A stretch of 64,000 nucleotides of DNA from Cenococcum geophilum (Eukaryota), in the NCBI GenBank assembly GCA_050273025.1, contig CP158635.1, positions 31,744,001-31,808,000 on the forward strand. The letters are read 5' to 3'. The position numbers and the translations under genes are program-made. Under the pieces are notes generated by a model, which searched no databases, was not told the origin of the DNA, and worked only from the letters and a program-made list of their open reading frames with translations. Positions 1 through 12,237 of this stretch are shown piece by piece (positions within the stretch are counted from its first letter, which is position 1; the number at the start of each line of letters is the position of its first letter).

Positions 1-1594
1 AATCACCTATAATTTAACAAGTCAGCTAACGCCTTATTCTTTGCATTATAGCTATAACTTAAAACGATGGTATACATCTCTACTTATAAGATATTTTATA
101 GGCCTATATATAATTAACTATAAAACTAAACCGAGACTTTTATATTAAAGCACCTCTTAAACTTAATACAGCACTTAGAGTCTTATAAGGCACAATTCTA
201 AAGGTCGTTAGACCTTTATACAGCATTCCTAAGGCAGGCAATCATTAGTTTAAGACTTACTATAACCACTATATTAAAGAACTAAACATAAGCCAATCCA
301 CTTATAACCCCTGCCTACTTTACCTTAATAACCCTATAAGTTTCGGAATAGTTAGTTTACAGATTAATAATACCCTCCTACTAGCTAACTTAGTTTTTGC
401 AGCTTTAGAATAGGAGAAGATTAAGAAAGCCAAGTTCTTAACTAAAGAACGTAAGCAACTTACACCAGAACACCCAATTAAGTTTAATAGAGGCATTGTC
501 TAATAACAGGATTACGTAATTACGCTCATATAAGAGCGCTAATGCTAGAACTTAACCCTTATCAATATTAAGGAAGCTACTATAACAACCAGTTCTAGAG
601 GCACTATTTATATAGTACTTACACCTAAGGACTAATATATCGCCCAATAAGCAAGAGGAGCTTATATTACGTCTATATGCCAGCCTAAAGCTTCTTTTAA
701 TTTATCCTACGCTACCCAGGTAATTAACCCTGATGAGAAAAACACAAAACTACTTAATAAGAGAATTTAGTGGCAAATTAAGAACTTAACAAGAGGCTTA
801 AGCTTTATTAAGCTTAACATAAAGACACTTTAACTACTTATATTTACTAATTCCTCATTCGCAAATAATAAAGACCTCTTATTACAGATTAGATATATCC
901 TAGTACTAGCAGACTCATTAAATAAGGCAAATATTGTCCACTGGTCCTTAGTTAAGTGTAAGAAAATCACCAAAAGCGTACTAGCCTCCAAATTATATAC
1001 TATAGCCCATAATTTTAACATCGGCGCTACAATTAAAGCCACAATCGAATTATAACTTAACATCAGCCTCCCGCTCATTCTTTGCACTAATTCTAAGTTA
1101 ATTTATAAATACCTTGTCAAACTAGGAACTACATAAGAGAAGAGACTTATAATTAATGTCATGTGCCTACGCCAGTTATATAAAAGACGCAAAATAGCGA
1201 AAGTTAAATAAATTAACGGAGACAGCAACCCTATAGACGCTATAACTAAAAGCAACCCATTATTAGCCCTTAAACGACTTATCGACACAAACCGAATCAA
1301 GTTAAAGACAGTAGAATAGGTAAAACGCACTATATCAGTAACCTAGTTAATTAACGTATAAATATGGCAAAGAGGGCGTATACAATCTCTATGCCACGTA
1401 ACCGCAATCTATAGTAATCTGCGGCAACCTATAGCAATCTGCCTGTATCTATAACACTACCTAGTACTATTACAACCTATACTATAACAGCAAGGAAGGA
1501 AGGAAGGAGAAGTGCGTATATGGATTTTTAAATTGCACAGTTATAGGATACCGGATCTTCACGTTTTCTAAAGTATTCCCAGTATAGCTAGAAG

Positions 1595-1824
1595 TATTAG
1601 ACACATCGTAAGGGCGGCTAAGGCGCTAGTGGTAAGCGAGCTAATAGCGATTTTCCATGCCGGGTATGGAAAATCGTAATTGGTTAACAGAGGTCACAGG
1701 AGAACACGCGACAAGCCTTACCTCTTACGACGCGTAGATCTTAGAGAATCATCCATCTACAACACCGCATAGTACATATCATTGTGATATATATATTCTG
1801 CACGTTGTAAAAGTCATACCAACA
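1595..1824 (+). repeat. 3' LTR of Copia A
   Basis: Starts TATTAG (RIP of TGTTAG) and ends CCAACA; LINE RNase H sequence resumes right after. The partner LTR lies outside the window. Confidence 0.7.
1649..1675. promoter_or_regulatory. Shared palindromic module core (in Copia A LTR)
   Basis: GATTTTCCATGCC-G-GGTATGGAAAATC; regulatory role inferred. Confidence 0.55.
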
Positions 1825-4800
1825 ATTAGTGTACGCTAAAAAGTATTTTAGGCTGTCCTTAGCCTCCTATACGATCTAGTTATATTCCTACTTTACTATT
1901 TTTTTTATCCCTAGTAATATAGGTTTATAGTGGTTTGACCTAGAGGCAGAGCCTCTTTAGGCGGATCTCCTTTATAGGTGGTATTTCCTTAAGGAGGCGT
2001 AGTATGGCGTTGTTCTCTATCTTCTAAAGTAGGCTGTACTCTTTATATTTAGTTAGGGCGGACCTTCTTAATTATAGGATCTTATTGTATAGTAGTAACC
2101 CTCTAATTTAATTTAGGGAGGACTCTACTGCTTAGTAGAGTGCTACTTTAATAGGTGGGATATATATATTAACTTCTAGTTCGGCTCTAGCTGTAGTCTA
2201 AAACGCTCCTATTATAAGCTAAAGCGCTCTATATTAGATCCTTATAAGTACTTAATAGACTTATTTAGCTCTTTTAATAAACCTACGTCTTCCTTCCGGT
2301 ATATACTAGTAGGAGGTTATATAAAGCATACGTGGTACAACTATAGCAGTATATAGCTGTCTTATATATTTGGTTGTAATGCCCTATATAAATCCTACAA
2401 TGCCGGATAGGCACGCAAGCTGGCTTGTTAATCTTTTAATAATATAGTCTAGGTGTGCCTTTCTAAAGAGTTAGTTATCTAAGATAACTCCTAGGTATTA
2501 GGCCTTTATAGTTAGCTAGATTGTCTATATCCTTCCGTTCTTTAGCTAGAGTACTAAAGGGTACTTTTTTGTTTTCCTCTAATATCTTCTCTTTTCGTAG
2601 GATAAAGTATATAAGCTCGTACTTCTATAGTGCGAATACTAAGGCGTGCTAATTTGCCTACTTTTCCGCCCTTTTATATAGCATTGCTAGTGTCTTAGTT
2701 ATTTCTTTAGTAGTTCTTCTATTTACTATAATACTTATATTATTAATATAGCCTATAATAAGTCCGTGCCTAAGCCCGTTTTCATTTATAGCAATATTTA
2801 AAAGGTTAGTGTTATAGAATAGGTAAGGAATTAGTAATATTAGTAATCCCTATAGGATCTCTGTTAGTATAGAAAATCTTTTTAATATACCTTCTAGTAG
2901 CTTAATATAGGTAGATCTTCCTATAAGAAAGCTGTTAATCAAGTTAACTATTAGGGTAGATATTCTTCGTTTCTAGAGGTAGTAAATAAGCTTATAGTAT
3001 AATATATTATTAAAGGCTCCGCTTATATCTAGCATAAGTAGGCTTATTATATCCTCCTCTTCTATTTACTATAATGTGTATATTTTTTCTAGGAGAAGGT
3101 ATACCGCGTATTTGTAACCGGCTGCTACTCTTCTACCTATATGGGTACGTAGTAGGAGGCTATAAGCGTCCGCTATAAAGAGTATTTGTTTTACAAGTAC
3201 TTTGTTTATTACCTTCCCTACTATATTTAGTAAGGCTATTAGTCTATACATCTTAGGGTCTCTAAAGTCCCCTTTCTTTAGTTTTTGGAGTGCTACTATA
3301 ATAGATCTTCTAAAGTGTGCTAGGTAGTACTCTACTGTTAGATAGTAGTTAAAAAGTAAGGTAAGTGGTTTTTTTAGTTCCTGTATAGCTTTATAAAGTA
3401 CCCGACTTAGAAGCTAATTTTTTTCCAGCGCCTTATCTAGACTAATTATTCTAATAGCTTCTTTTACCTCCTATATTGTAATTTCTGGGATCTATATTGG
3501 GTTTAGATACTGGTATTTATATATATCTTTTAGATCTGCTATAGGCGGTATAGGGAAAAAGGAGCCTTTTAGGGCTGCTGTCTTTTCTTCTACTATATAT
3601 TATGGGGTGCCGTTATATCTCTAATGTCTGGTATAAATATAGCCCTTATAATATTCCTTTTTCTAGCCTAGGCGTGTAGGGACCATAGTCCCTTTATATC
3701 GTTAACCTCGCTAACTTTATCTCTATATTCCGTTCTTATAGCCTTTTTAATAGTCTTAGTCTTTTCTCTCCTTGCTATCTATAGTATAGTGTAGTTCCCT
3801 TCTATTAGGAGCCTATTATAGTATCTTTATACTTGCCTCTCCGCTTTAATTACTTTAGTATATTTTTTTTAACTATCCTAGTTTAGATCTTAGGCTAATT
3901 TTAGCTATTAGCGTGAATAGTTCCACGGCCTTAATATGTTTATAATTTTAATAACTATTATATTAATTTAATCTTTTAGTAGGGTCAGTGGCACTTTAGG
4001 TAGCTTTTAGAGTATATTATAAAATATTTCTTTATTTATTTTCTTAAAGAGTTGCTATATAGGTTCCTTCTCCCGTTTTAATTGGTATCTAAAGATAGTT
4101 TTAACTAGGAGGTGGTTAGATTCTTTATCTAGTTCCGTACTAACCCTTAATTAGATTAAATAGTTAGCTATATTAAGAGTAATAAGGCTAAGATTAATTA
4201 TAGAGGTGTTTATACCTACTCCTTTAGCTAGCCTTATAATTAATCCTATTTTAAAGCTTAGTTTAAGTTTATTATTCTCTATTACTTTAATAAGGTATTC
4301 TACTACTGCTTTATAGTTAGACCTAACTTTAGGCCCTCCTTATTTAGGGTAGTAGAGGTTAAAGTCTCTACCACTATAGTACTGTAGTTTGGTCCTCTTA
4401 TTTTTCTTAAGGTATTATTTAGTTTTAGGAGCATGCAGCCCCTTAGAAGCCCGTCCAGCCTATTATATAATAGGAGGGGGTTTAGGTTATAGATATTAAA
4501 TATAATAATTATATACTGCTAGTCTTCTCTTCAGTTTATAATTAATATTATAACTAGATTTTATCTATAGTCCGTAATATAAAGGTGTCTAATTAGAATA
4601 CTTTTATTAATAAAGAGATACACTCTTATTCCCAGATAGGGGGGTAGTATAGGTAAAACCTATTACTAATTGGGTTGGTAGTTATAGGGAGGTCCTATTC
4701 TAGTTTTTTGCTATACTATATTTCCTATATAGCAAGTATATTATACTACTACGTCTATTTATCCTAAAGGAGCTCTTATATTTATAGGTAGCTCTTTCCT

Positions 4801-5778
4801 ATATTTTAATATAGTACCTTAATAATATAGATGCCTGGGTTGTCTATTATTAGGAGCAATCTAAGATATTTATCTATAGTAGTGTATAAGCTTCCCCCTA
4901 GCTCCTTATAGAGTATTAGGAGCTTTAGCTAAAATTTAAGCTATTATTCTTAATATTAGCCTATTTATCCATTTTAATCTTAATTATCCCCTCCTGCGTT
5001 TAGCTTTGTTATTATTATTTGCTTTAGCTATAGCTATAGCTAAATATCGCGTCTTCTTTTGTTTTTGCTTTACCCTTCTTTTTACTAGACTTTGGTTTAA
5101 TAGTAATATATTTACTTAGCTTAGGACAAATTAGTAATATATCTCTTTATAGGCTCTTAGCGCTTACTATTCTGCTCGCTTCTTTTTTTATATTACTCTT
5201 TCTATTAGGCTTCCTGGGGAGCCCTTTACTAATTTCTTTTGTTTTTATATTCTGTCTACTTCTATTAATCTTATTATATTTACTAATAGCGTTACTAATA
5301 GAGGTAAGGAGCTTAACTAGCTATTAATTTAACTCCCTATTTTTAATGGCCCTTGTTAGTTATATAAGGGGATATTACGTAGCTACGGTTCGTAGATAGT
5401 ATAATAATTGTTCTGTTTTTCTTCTTCAAGAAAGGGGTGAGGAACTTAAGGTTCCTCACTATGCTAGTGCCGCGGCGGCACGTGACGGCAACTTGCCGTA
5501 CGTAACGGCAACTTGCTATACGTGATGGCAATATGCCTTATATACCTTTATTCCTAATACCGGCAACTCTTCTTTTATAGTTGCTATATATATATATATA
5601 TATACCGCTTAACTAGCGGAATAAAATTAATCCTTCTTACTTACTATTGCTATTGCAATATAAGTCTCGCTGTCCCAAAATTTGCCTCTTAACACGTAGT
5701 GCTTTCTTAATTATAAGTTGTGGGTAGGTATCTTATTAGTAGGGCCGCTAAGGCGCTAGCGGTAAGCGAGCTAATAGC

Positions 5779-5805
5779 GATTTTTTATTCCAGGGATAGA
5801 AAATC
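5779..5805. promoter_or_regulatory. Shared palindromic module core (Copia B1 3' UTR)
   Basis: GATTTTTTATTCC-A-GGGATAGAAAATC with the same flanks. Confidence 0.55.
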
Positions 5806-8800
5806 CTAATTGGCTGGTTTAAGTTAGGGTCTATAGAATGTAACTAATTAGATAACTTTAACCGCCGGTTAAAGTTCCTGGATATCTTAAGACCTTATGT
5901 AACTAAGAAATTTCTAGGGACTCCCTTTTAACCTAACCTTTAACTTATATACGTAGAGTATTTATATTAATAAACGTCTCTAGTGCCTTATTTGGGTTTG
6001 CCTTTATTATCACATCTACTAGGTTATCTTGGCTATTAATCTATTAAATCTTAAAGAGTTCTTAACGCTTATAGGACTGCTAAAGTGCTATAATATTAAT
6101 TATAAGGCGCTTCTCCTTTATAGTACTAAGCTTAACTAAACACTTGTAGAGGGAATATAAGTTAGTGTATATAATTATAGGGATAACGGGAAGTTTAAGT
6201 CGATCTATAATTATCTTTAGGGTAGTTCCAATTACAATTGCTATATTAACTCCGCTAACTATTCTATATATCTCTAACGCTAGAACGCTTTAAGTAACGT
6301 ACTTACTTTTAGTTAAGCTCTAATAGATAAGATTGCCGTAGATTATAAAGTCATTCTCTCTAATAGATTTATTCGCGATAATAATCTTATATCCTAGCTG
6401 GGAGCTAAAGTCTTTATTATTTGCGAACGATCTATTAATAAATACAAAGAGCTTAGCAGTAAGAAGATTAATAGGCACGTAGAGTAGTCCCTAATTAAGA
6501 TGGTTTATTTACTAGAAAAGACGCTTATTTAGGGTAAGAATATTATCCTTAGTTGGTTCCTAGTGTTAAGCCGCAATAAAGAGATTAAATAAAGCCTTAG
6601 GTTAATAGATAGAAGTAATATAAGCTCCGCGAGCACGTTACTCTATATATCCTTACTTCGGAGAATTAACATTAATAACGTTGATCTTCTTACCTTAACC
6701 CTTCTGGCGTAAAGCAATGGAATCCTTATTTAGGGAGAGGATGCATCCATTAAAGAGTAATAGTATTATTAAGTTAAGCTTTTTCTTTGGCTTTACTATA
6801 AGATTTACCTTTACTAGCTTATCCTCTTTAAGAGCTAAGAATTGGTTGTCTCCTAAGATAATTATATTATTAGTTTATATACCAACGATTCCGAATAGGG
6901 TTCCTATGGTTATAATAAGGAAGCAGGGATTAAATATAGAAGTAGTTATTAAAAGCTTCTCTTTATAGTGCTTGCTGTAGGTAGCCTACCAGTAAATTCC
7001 TACCTCTGCGATTCTATATAATGGCTTAAGCACAACTATAATCGTATCTTTAGGATACTAGTGGCGAATTTGCTCTAGAAGGTATGCTAATATTAAGCGC
7101 TAAAGGTGCGTCTCTAATTAGGTATAAGCTTAAGTAATATCTTATAAATAAACCGCCATTCTGTTCTTTATTAAGAAGGGAGCTAATGCGATAATAACTC
7201 GCTAACTAGCTCGTTAAATCATAGGAGATTGTATAAGAATTATCTCTTTACTATTATCGTTATAACCTTAGATAATAAGCCTTAATTTCTTAAATAGGGC
7301 GTTAGTAGCCTTACCCTTAATCTTATTAACTATCCTTAATTTAAAGATGCGAACTTTATTAAACTTAGTAGGGTCATACTTCTTAAATTTAAAGACTCCT
7401 CTTGTGATAAGACCGTCGATCTCCTGCTTATTAGATGCTTAGAAAGGAGCTCCTAGGGTTATAATATAACCTTCCTTTTAGAGCTGTTTTGCGAGCTTAA
7501 AGTTAGCCTTCTCTTTAGCTGTTATAAAGGCCATTAATAACTTAACTTTATTCTTAATAGCGGCAACAAATTATTCTTTAAAATTAATAAGATGTTAGTG
7601 ATTTTATAATCCCTTTAGGCGACCTCTACCGCGTTATAGTTGTGGCGTATCTACTATAATTATATCGGGATTATAGTCGCCTTCTAGAGTATACTAATCG
7701 TAGTTCTCTTTTAGGGCATCTTCTAGGGCATCCTATAAAGGCTTAGAATTGTTATCTTTATAGTAAGGCTTAATAACAGTTAAACGGAATTAAGTAGGTC
7801 CGTAAGGCATCTAAATAGTATAAGTTTAACTATTAATTATAATAAGTTGGTGTGGGCCTAACTATTCTCCCTTTTTATACTATACGCGTACTTTAGATTA
7901 GAGTGGCAGATTAAGCGTAGTTAAGGTATTTAAGCCATTTCTTATTCCTAGTACGTTATTGACCTAGCGTATAGCGTAGAGATGTCGTACCTTCTTTATT
8001 GCCTTGCGAATAGCCTTAGCTCGTTATATAACAGAGGGAGATAGTGGAAAATTGTTAGTTATTTAAAGGTAGGCGCTAAAGACTAGTAATATAGGTATAA
8101 GTCCATCCGGGCTAGCGGAATTATTAATAGCTTTAATAGCCATTTATAAGGTAAGTTTTTCGCTAGCGTCCTTTAGTTCTAAAGAGATAATCTTATATAC
8201 GCGGTGTAATAGCGTATAATATCGCTCTACTTTTTTAATACTATTATATACCTTAACGGGGACTTCCTTAACCTTAATTGCTATTGCCTTTGTCTATTAT
8301 CGGAACTCTATAGATAAGAAATTCTTTTTTGCGTTATAAATGATTTAATTAGGGGGTTTTAGGTAAATATTAATCCAGTATAACTAAAGGGTATCCTATA
8401 CATTCCTAGCTAATATATCCTTTAAGAATCGTGCGGCTTAGAAGGAGGTTAAGAAGTTAATAATTTAGAGTACTAGCTTGCCGCTAAGATATATAACGTC
8501 AACGGTAATATAGAAGTTAAAATTGTAGTTATCTTTAAGGGTAAACTTAAATCGGCTAGGGGACTTCTGGTTTATTTAGTAGTAATAGCAGTACTTTATA
8601 AGATGCTTAATTGCCTTAACCTTAACTTTATGGCCTACTTGCTAAAGAACCCTAAGTAATTAATAAACGGATAGGTAACTAAAACGACGGTGTAGTTGGC
8701 GTAACTCTAACTTAGTTAAATAGCTCTAAGCAACACTCTTTTCTAGTTATTAAAGGAGTAGCTAAGGGTAACCCTACTTACGTATAATAGGTACCCGATT

Positions 8801-9127
8801 ATCTCCCTATACGAGTATATTCTTAAGGTTATTAAGCTTAATACCTAGTTTATCTATATCTCTAATGCAAAATAGAAATAGGGTGTTTATAGAAATAACG
8901 TAAAAAGTAATATACCCTAAGGGGGTTTAAACCCTAATTATGCTAAGAGAGATTGTAGTATCCTTGCTAAAACAAATCGTGTATTAGCCTGCCGTTAAAT
9001 AGTTAATCTAAATAGAGCTATTAAGCTACTAAAGGGCTTAAACTTAAGGTTCTCCTGCTATAGATACTCCTACGGCTCTAATATCCGGCATAATACTATA
9101 GAAGATGTTCGCCGAGTATCTATTATT

Positions 9128-9570
9128 TGTAAGAGTATATATATTAGGTCCCGCCGCGCTTGCGACAAGTTCGCAAGCACTCTTAGTCTTTTTGGCCGTA
9201 TGGCGACGTGGAGGCGGGCCACGTTACAATTGTGCTTGCGAACTTACTGGGGCCAGGTGTCGTGGGTTCGATCCCCATCGGTTACTTCGCTCTAGTACAG
9301 TCTAACGCGCATCCGTGCGATAAGGCGTCGGTGGAGATTCCGATCGCTTACGTTACTGGGGACTAACTAATATGGTGATACTCTTGGCGTTTGATCCCTG
9401 TGGCGCGAACGGGCGCATAGAGGAATCCCTGCGAGCGCTCGAGGACGAGCGCGTAGAGGAGAGGGCAATTGTAAGAGTATATATATTAGGTCCCACCGCG
9501 CTTGCGATAAGTTCGCAAGCACTCTCAGTCTTTTTGGCCGTATGGCGACGTGGAGGCGGGCCACGTTACA
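9128..9570 (+). mobile_element. TRIM (terminal-repeat retrotransposon in miniature), 443 bp, non-coding
   Basis: 101-bp direct repeats at 9128-9228 and 9470-9570 (TGTAA..TTACA), TSD TTATT, purine tract GAGGAGAGGG before the right LTR; absent at the equivalent site of sister copies (~45990, ~57455). Confidence 0.95.
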
Positions 9571-12064
9571 TTATTAAAGGAAAACGCGGAGCTCTCCTTT
9601 GGCTTATTAAAGATATCTAACTTTATAATAAAATGGAGCGTAGATTAGTTATTAAGAATAGCGACGGTTTGTATGCTATTTACCTTACTATACTTAATAA
9701 AGTATTAGTTAGGTAAGTAGTCCTCAATTTCTATATCTATAAGGAGCTGTTCGGTCTTATTAACCTTACCCTTAAAATCCTCTACGCCTTTATATTAAAC
9801 TAGGAAGCTTTAGAAGTAGGCCGTAGTAACCTTATAATTTTTAACATTTCTTATACTCTAACGGAACTTATTATATACCTCTTTTCGCTTATTAAGGGAG
9901 TGTCTAGTTAACTAGCAATTTGGCTTCTTATAAACGTAGTACTTCTTCTAGCAATTACTTTAAAATAAACCTCTACGAGGACCTCTATAATTACCTTATA
10001 GTTAATATTAATTATACCCTCTTTTATATTCCCTACTACGGCCACTATATATTTAATTAGTCTAGTTATAATTATATTAGTTGGGAGTACTTAGTTGGGT
10101 AGAGTTTTCGGTATAAAGCTGTTAAGATTCTTATATTTATATTACGGTACCTATGGTAAAGCGTAGCTTAGTATATACTCCTTTAAACGTGTCCGTAGGT
10201 TTATATAGCGCTAAGTTATACTTAGGAACGCTATAGCATGCTAAGATAACCTGGTTCCTTAGGCTGTTTTTATTTTAGTAAGTTTTAGTAAGGCTATATT
10301 AGATTTTCTGGAGTTTATTAAAGAGTAGTTAAAGGCACTCTAAATAAGTCTTTGTTGGGTTAGAAGTAATAACTCTTTAGAATATAGTCTTCCGCTATTC
10401 GGATATATAAAGCTAGTAATTCTTATTAGTCTTAAAGTGGGCTCTAGTAAGCTAAAGCATTATATTAAAGCTATAGTTTTTACCTATAATATAGTTGTAA
10501 TAGAATATTGCTGCCCGTCCCTTTAATATAACAGAGAAAGCGTAATAGTACTAGTAGTATTAAATTCTAACCTTATTACAACAGTTATAAAAGACCTATA
10601 GTTTTGCTCCGAGTATATTATATAGTTCTCCTCTAAACTTCTTCTCTTTGTCCGAATATACCTTTATCAGATTTATAACTTCTTATAGTAAAGGCTTACC
10701 GGTTGGCTAGAGTGGAGGAGGTAAAGGCGGAGCAACTCTAAGTGGGAGAGTACCTTTAGGTAGGAGAGTAGCTTTAGGTGGGGGGTTAGCGTTCTGGGGG
10801 TTTTAATACGAATTAAAGTTGCCTTTTAAAGAATATAGGTTGTTTTTAAGTTTCCGTAGTTAATATATAATCTTAGCTTCTGTCTATATTAGTTCTTCTA
10901 TACTAGTAATAACGGCCTAAATATTGCTAGTAATTGGGTTACCGTTCTTAGTAACGTATACCCTATTCCTATAGAGGAAGTCTCGAAAATCCTAAATAAT
11001 ATAAACGTTGCTAAGTGCCTAGGTATTAGTAGTCCATCCTATAAAATCCTCCCTAAAATACTCCCATAGTTGTGAATCGGCGTAGTATCTATTTCGGTAG
11101 AATATAATATAGTATAGGAGAAAGCCGTTAACTTATTTTGCGGTATAAGTTATTATATTAAAGGCGAATTCGTCCTAATCTTTATTAATAAGTTTCGCGT
11201 GCTTAGCTACCCCTAGTGGTAAGGAGTCTTTCTAGTTATTTAAAGTAGGCGTAGCCATATTTTTGGAGGGAGGGAAGTGTTATTAGTATAGGGATTGTTG
11301 TTTGGTACGCGTTTGTAATATATATTTATTATTTAGTACGCGTTTATTATTTAGTACGCGTTTATTATTTAGTACGCGTTTAGACGTATATTTGCGATTA
11401 TAGGGCTTAGGACTAGTTCTAGCCTTAAATTATAAAGACTTATAAAGCGTATTATTCTATATAATAGACGCAAGAATCTGTAATCTTAGAAAGGCTTAGG
11501 ACCAGTTTTAGCCTTTTAGATCCTTAGATTCGTGGAAGAGTTCTATTTAAGGTTTAGGACTAGTTCTAATCTTAAAAGATAGCTTCCTTTAGCACGAGTA
11601 GCACTGGTATAGTGGCTCGTCTCTTCTTAGTAATACCTAGCTGTTCTGTAGTATAACTGTAAAGTTAACCACTGATTAGTGTTGGTTATATAAGGGGATA
11701 TTACGTAGCTACGGTTTGTAGATAGTATGATGATTATTCTGTTTTTCTTCTTTAAGAAAGGGGTAAGGAACTTAAGGTTCCTCACCATGCTAGTGCCGCG
11801 GCGGCACGTAACGGCAACTTGCCGTATATAATGGCAACTTGCTATACATAACGGCAATATGCCTTATATGCCTTTATTCCTAACAGCCCTAGTATAATAT
11901 ATACTAGGTTCTTAGGCCAGTATAGGTTTATATAGAGTCTGACTTTTACCTCCTCTATATAAGCTGTCTCCTTTTTATATTTAGGATAGGTTAATAACTA
12001 AAAGTTATGCTTTCCTTAGTAGAGGGTATACTTCTACTAGTTAGCTTTATATATTTTTTATTAT

Positions 12065-12237
12065 TGTCGGGAATGAGGCAAGCGGTCGTCACGTGTCGTC
12101 ACGTGTCGCCGCGGCACTAGCGTGGTGAGGAACCTTAGGTTCCTCACCCACCCCCTGATTTTCAACAACAAGCTTTACAACCAACATTCACTATGTCTAC
12201 TCGAGTAGCATTGGTGAGTTACCCTGTGACACCAACA
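12065..12237 (+). repeat. Solo LTR related to Copia C/B LTRs
   Basis: TGTCGG..CCAACA, TSD ATTAT; similar to the reverse complement of 53838-54003; little RIP. Confidence 0.92.

Larger units (their letters stand above)
1..1824 (+). mobile_element. Ty1/Copia LTR retrotransposon 'A', 3' part (RT-RNase H pseudogene + 3' LTR), RIP-degenerated, inserted into a LINE
   Basis: RIP-reverted translation gives LYGIPEAGNHW (~215-250), VLASELYAMAHGFD (~980-1020), CTDSKSLY..LVKLGTTQEKRLMID (~1083-1160) and NP.DAMTK (~1228-1250); LTR at 1595-1824. Confidence 0.92.
5354..11885 (-). mobile_element. Full-length Ty1/Copia element 'B1', RIPped
   Basis: 206-bp LTRs at 5354-5559 and 11680-11885 (TG..CA/TA), 5-bp TSD GCCCT; gag from ~11258, integrase, RT (LYGIAEAGTYWW) and RNase H on the minus strand; near-identical internally to 43376-49804. 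Confidence 0.96.

Noticed and set aside
5822..5830. Telomeric TTAGGG repeats
   Set aside because: Single hexamers only, no tandem array.
9230..9310. Intact tRNA gene
   Set aside because: Only a T-arm is evident; no acceptor stem, D-arm or anticodon arm could be built.
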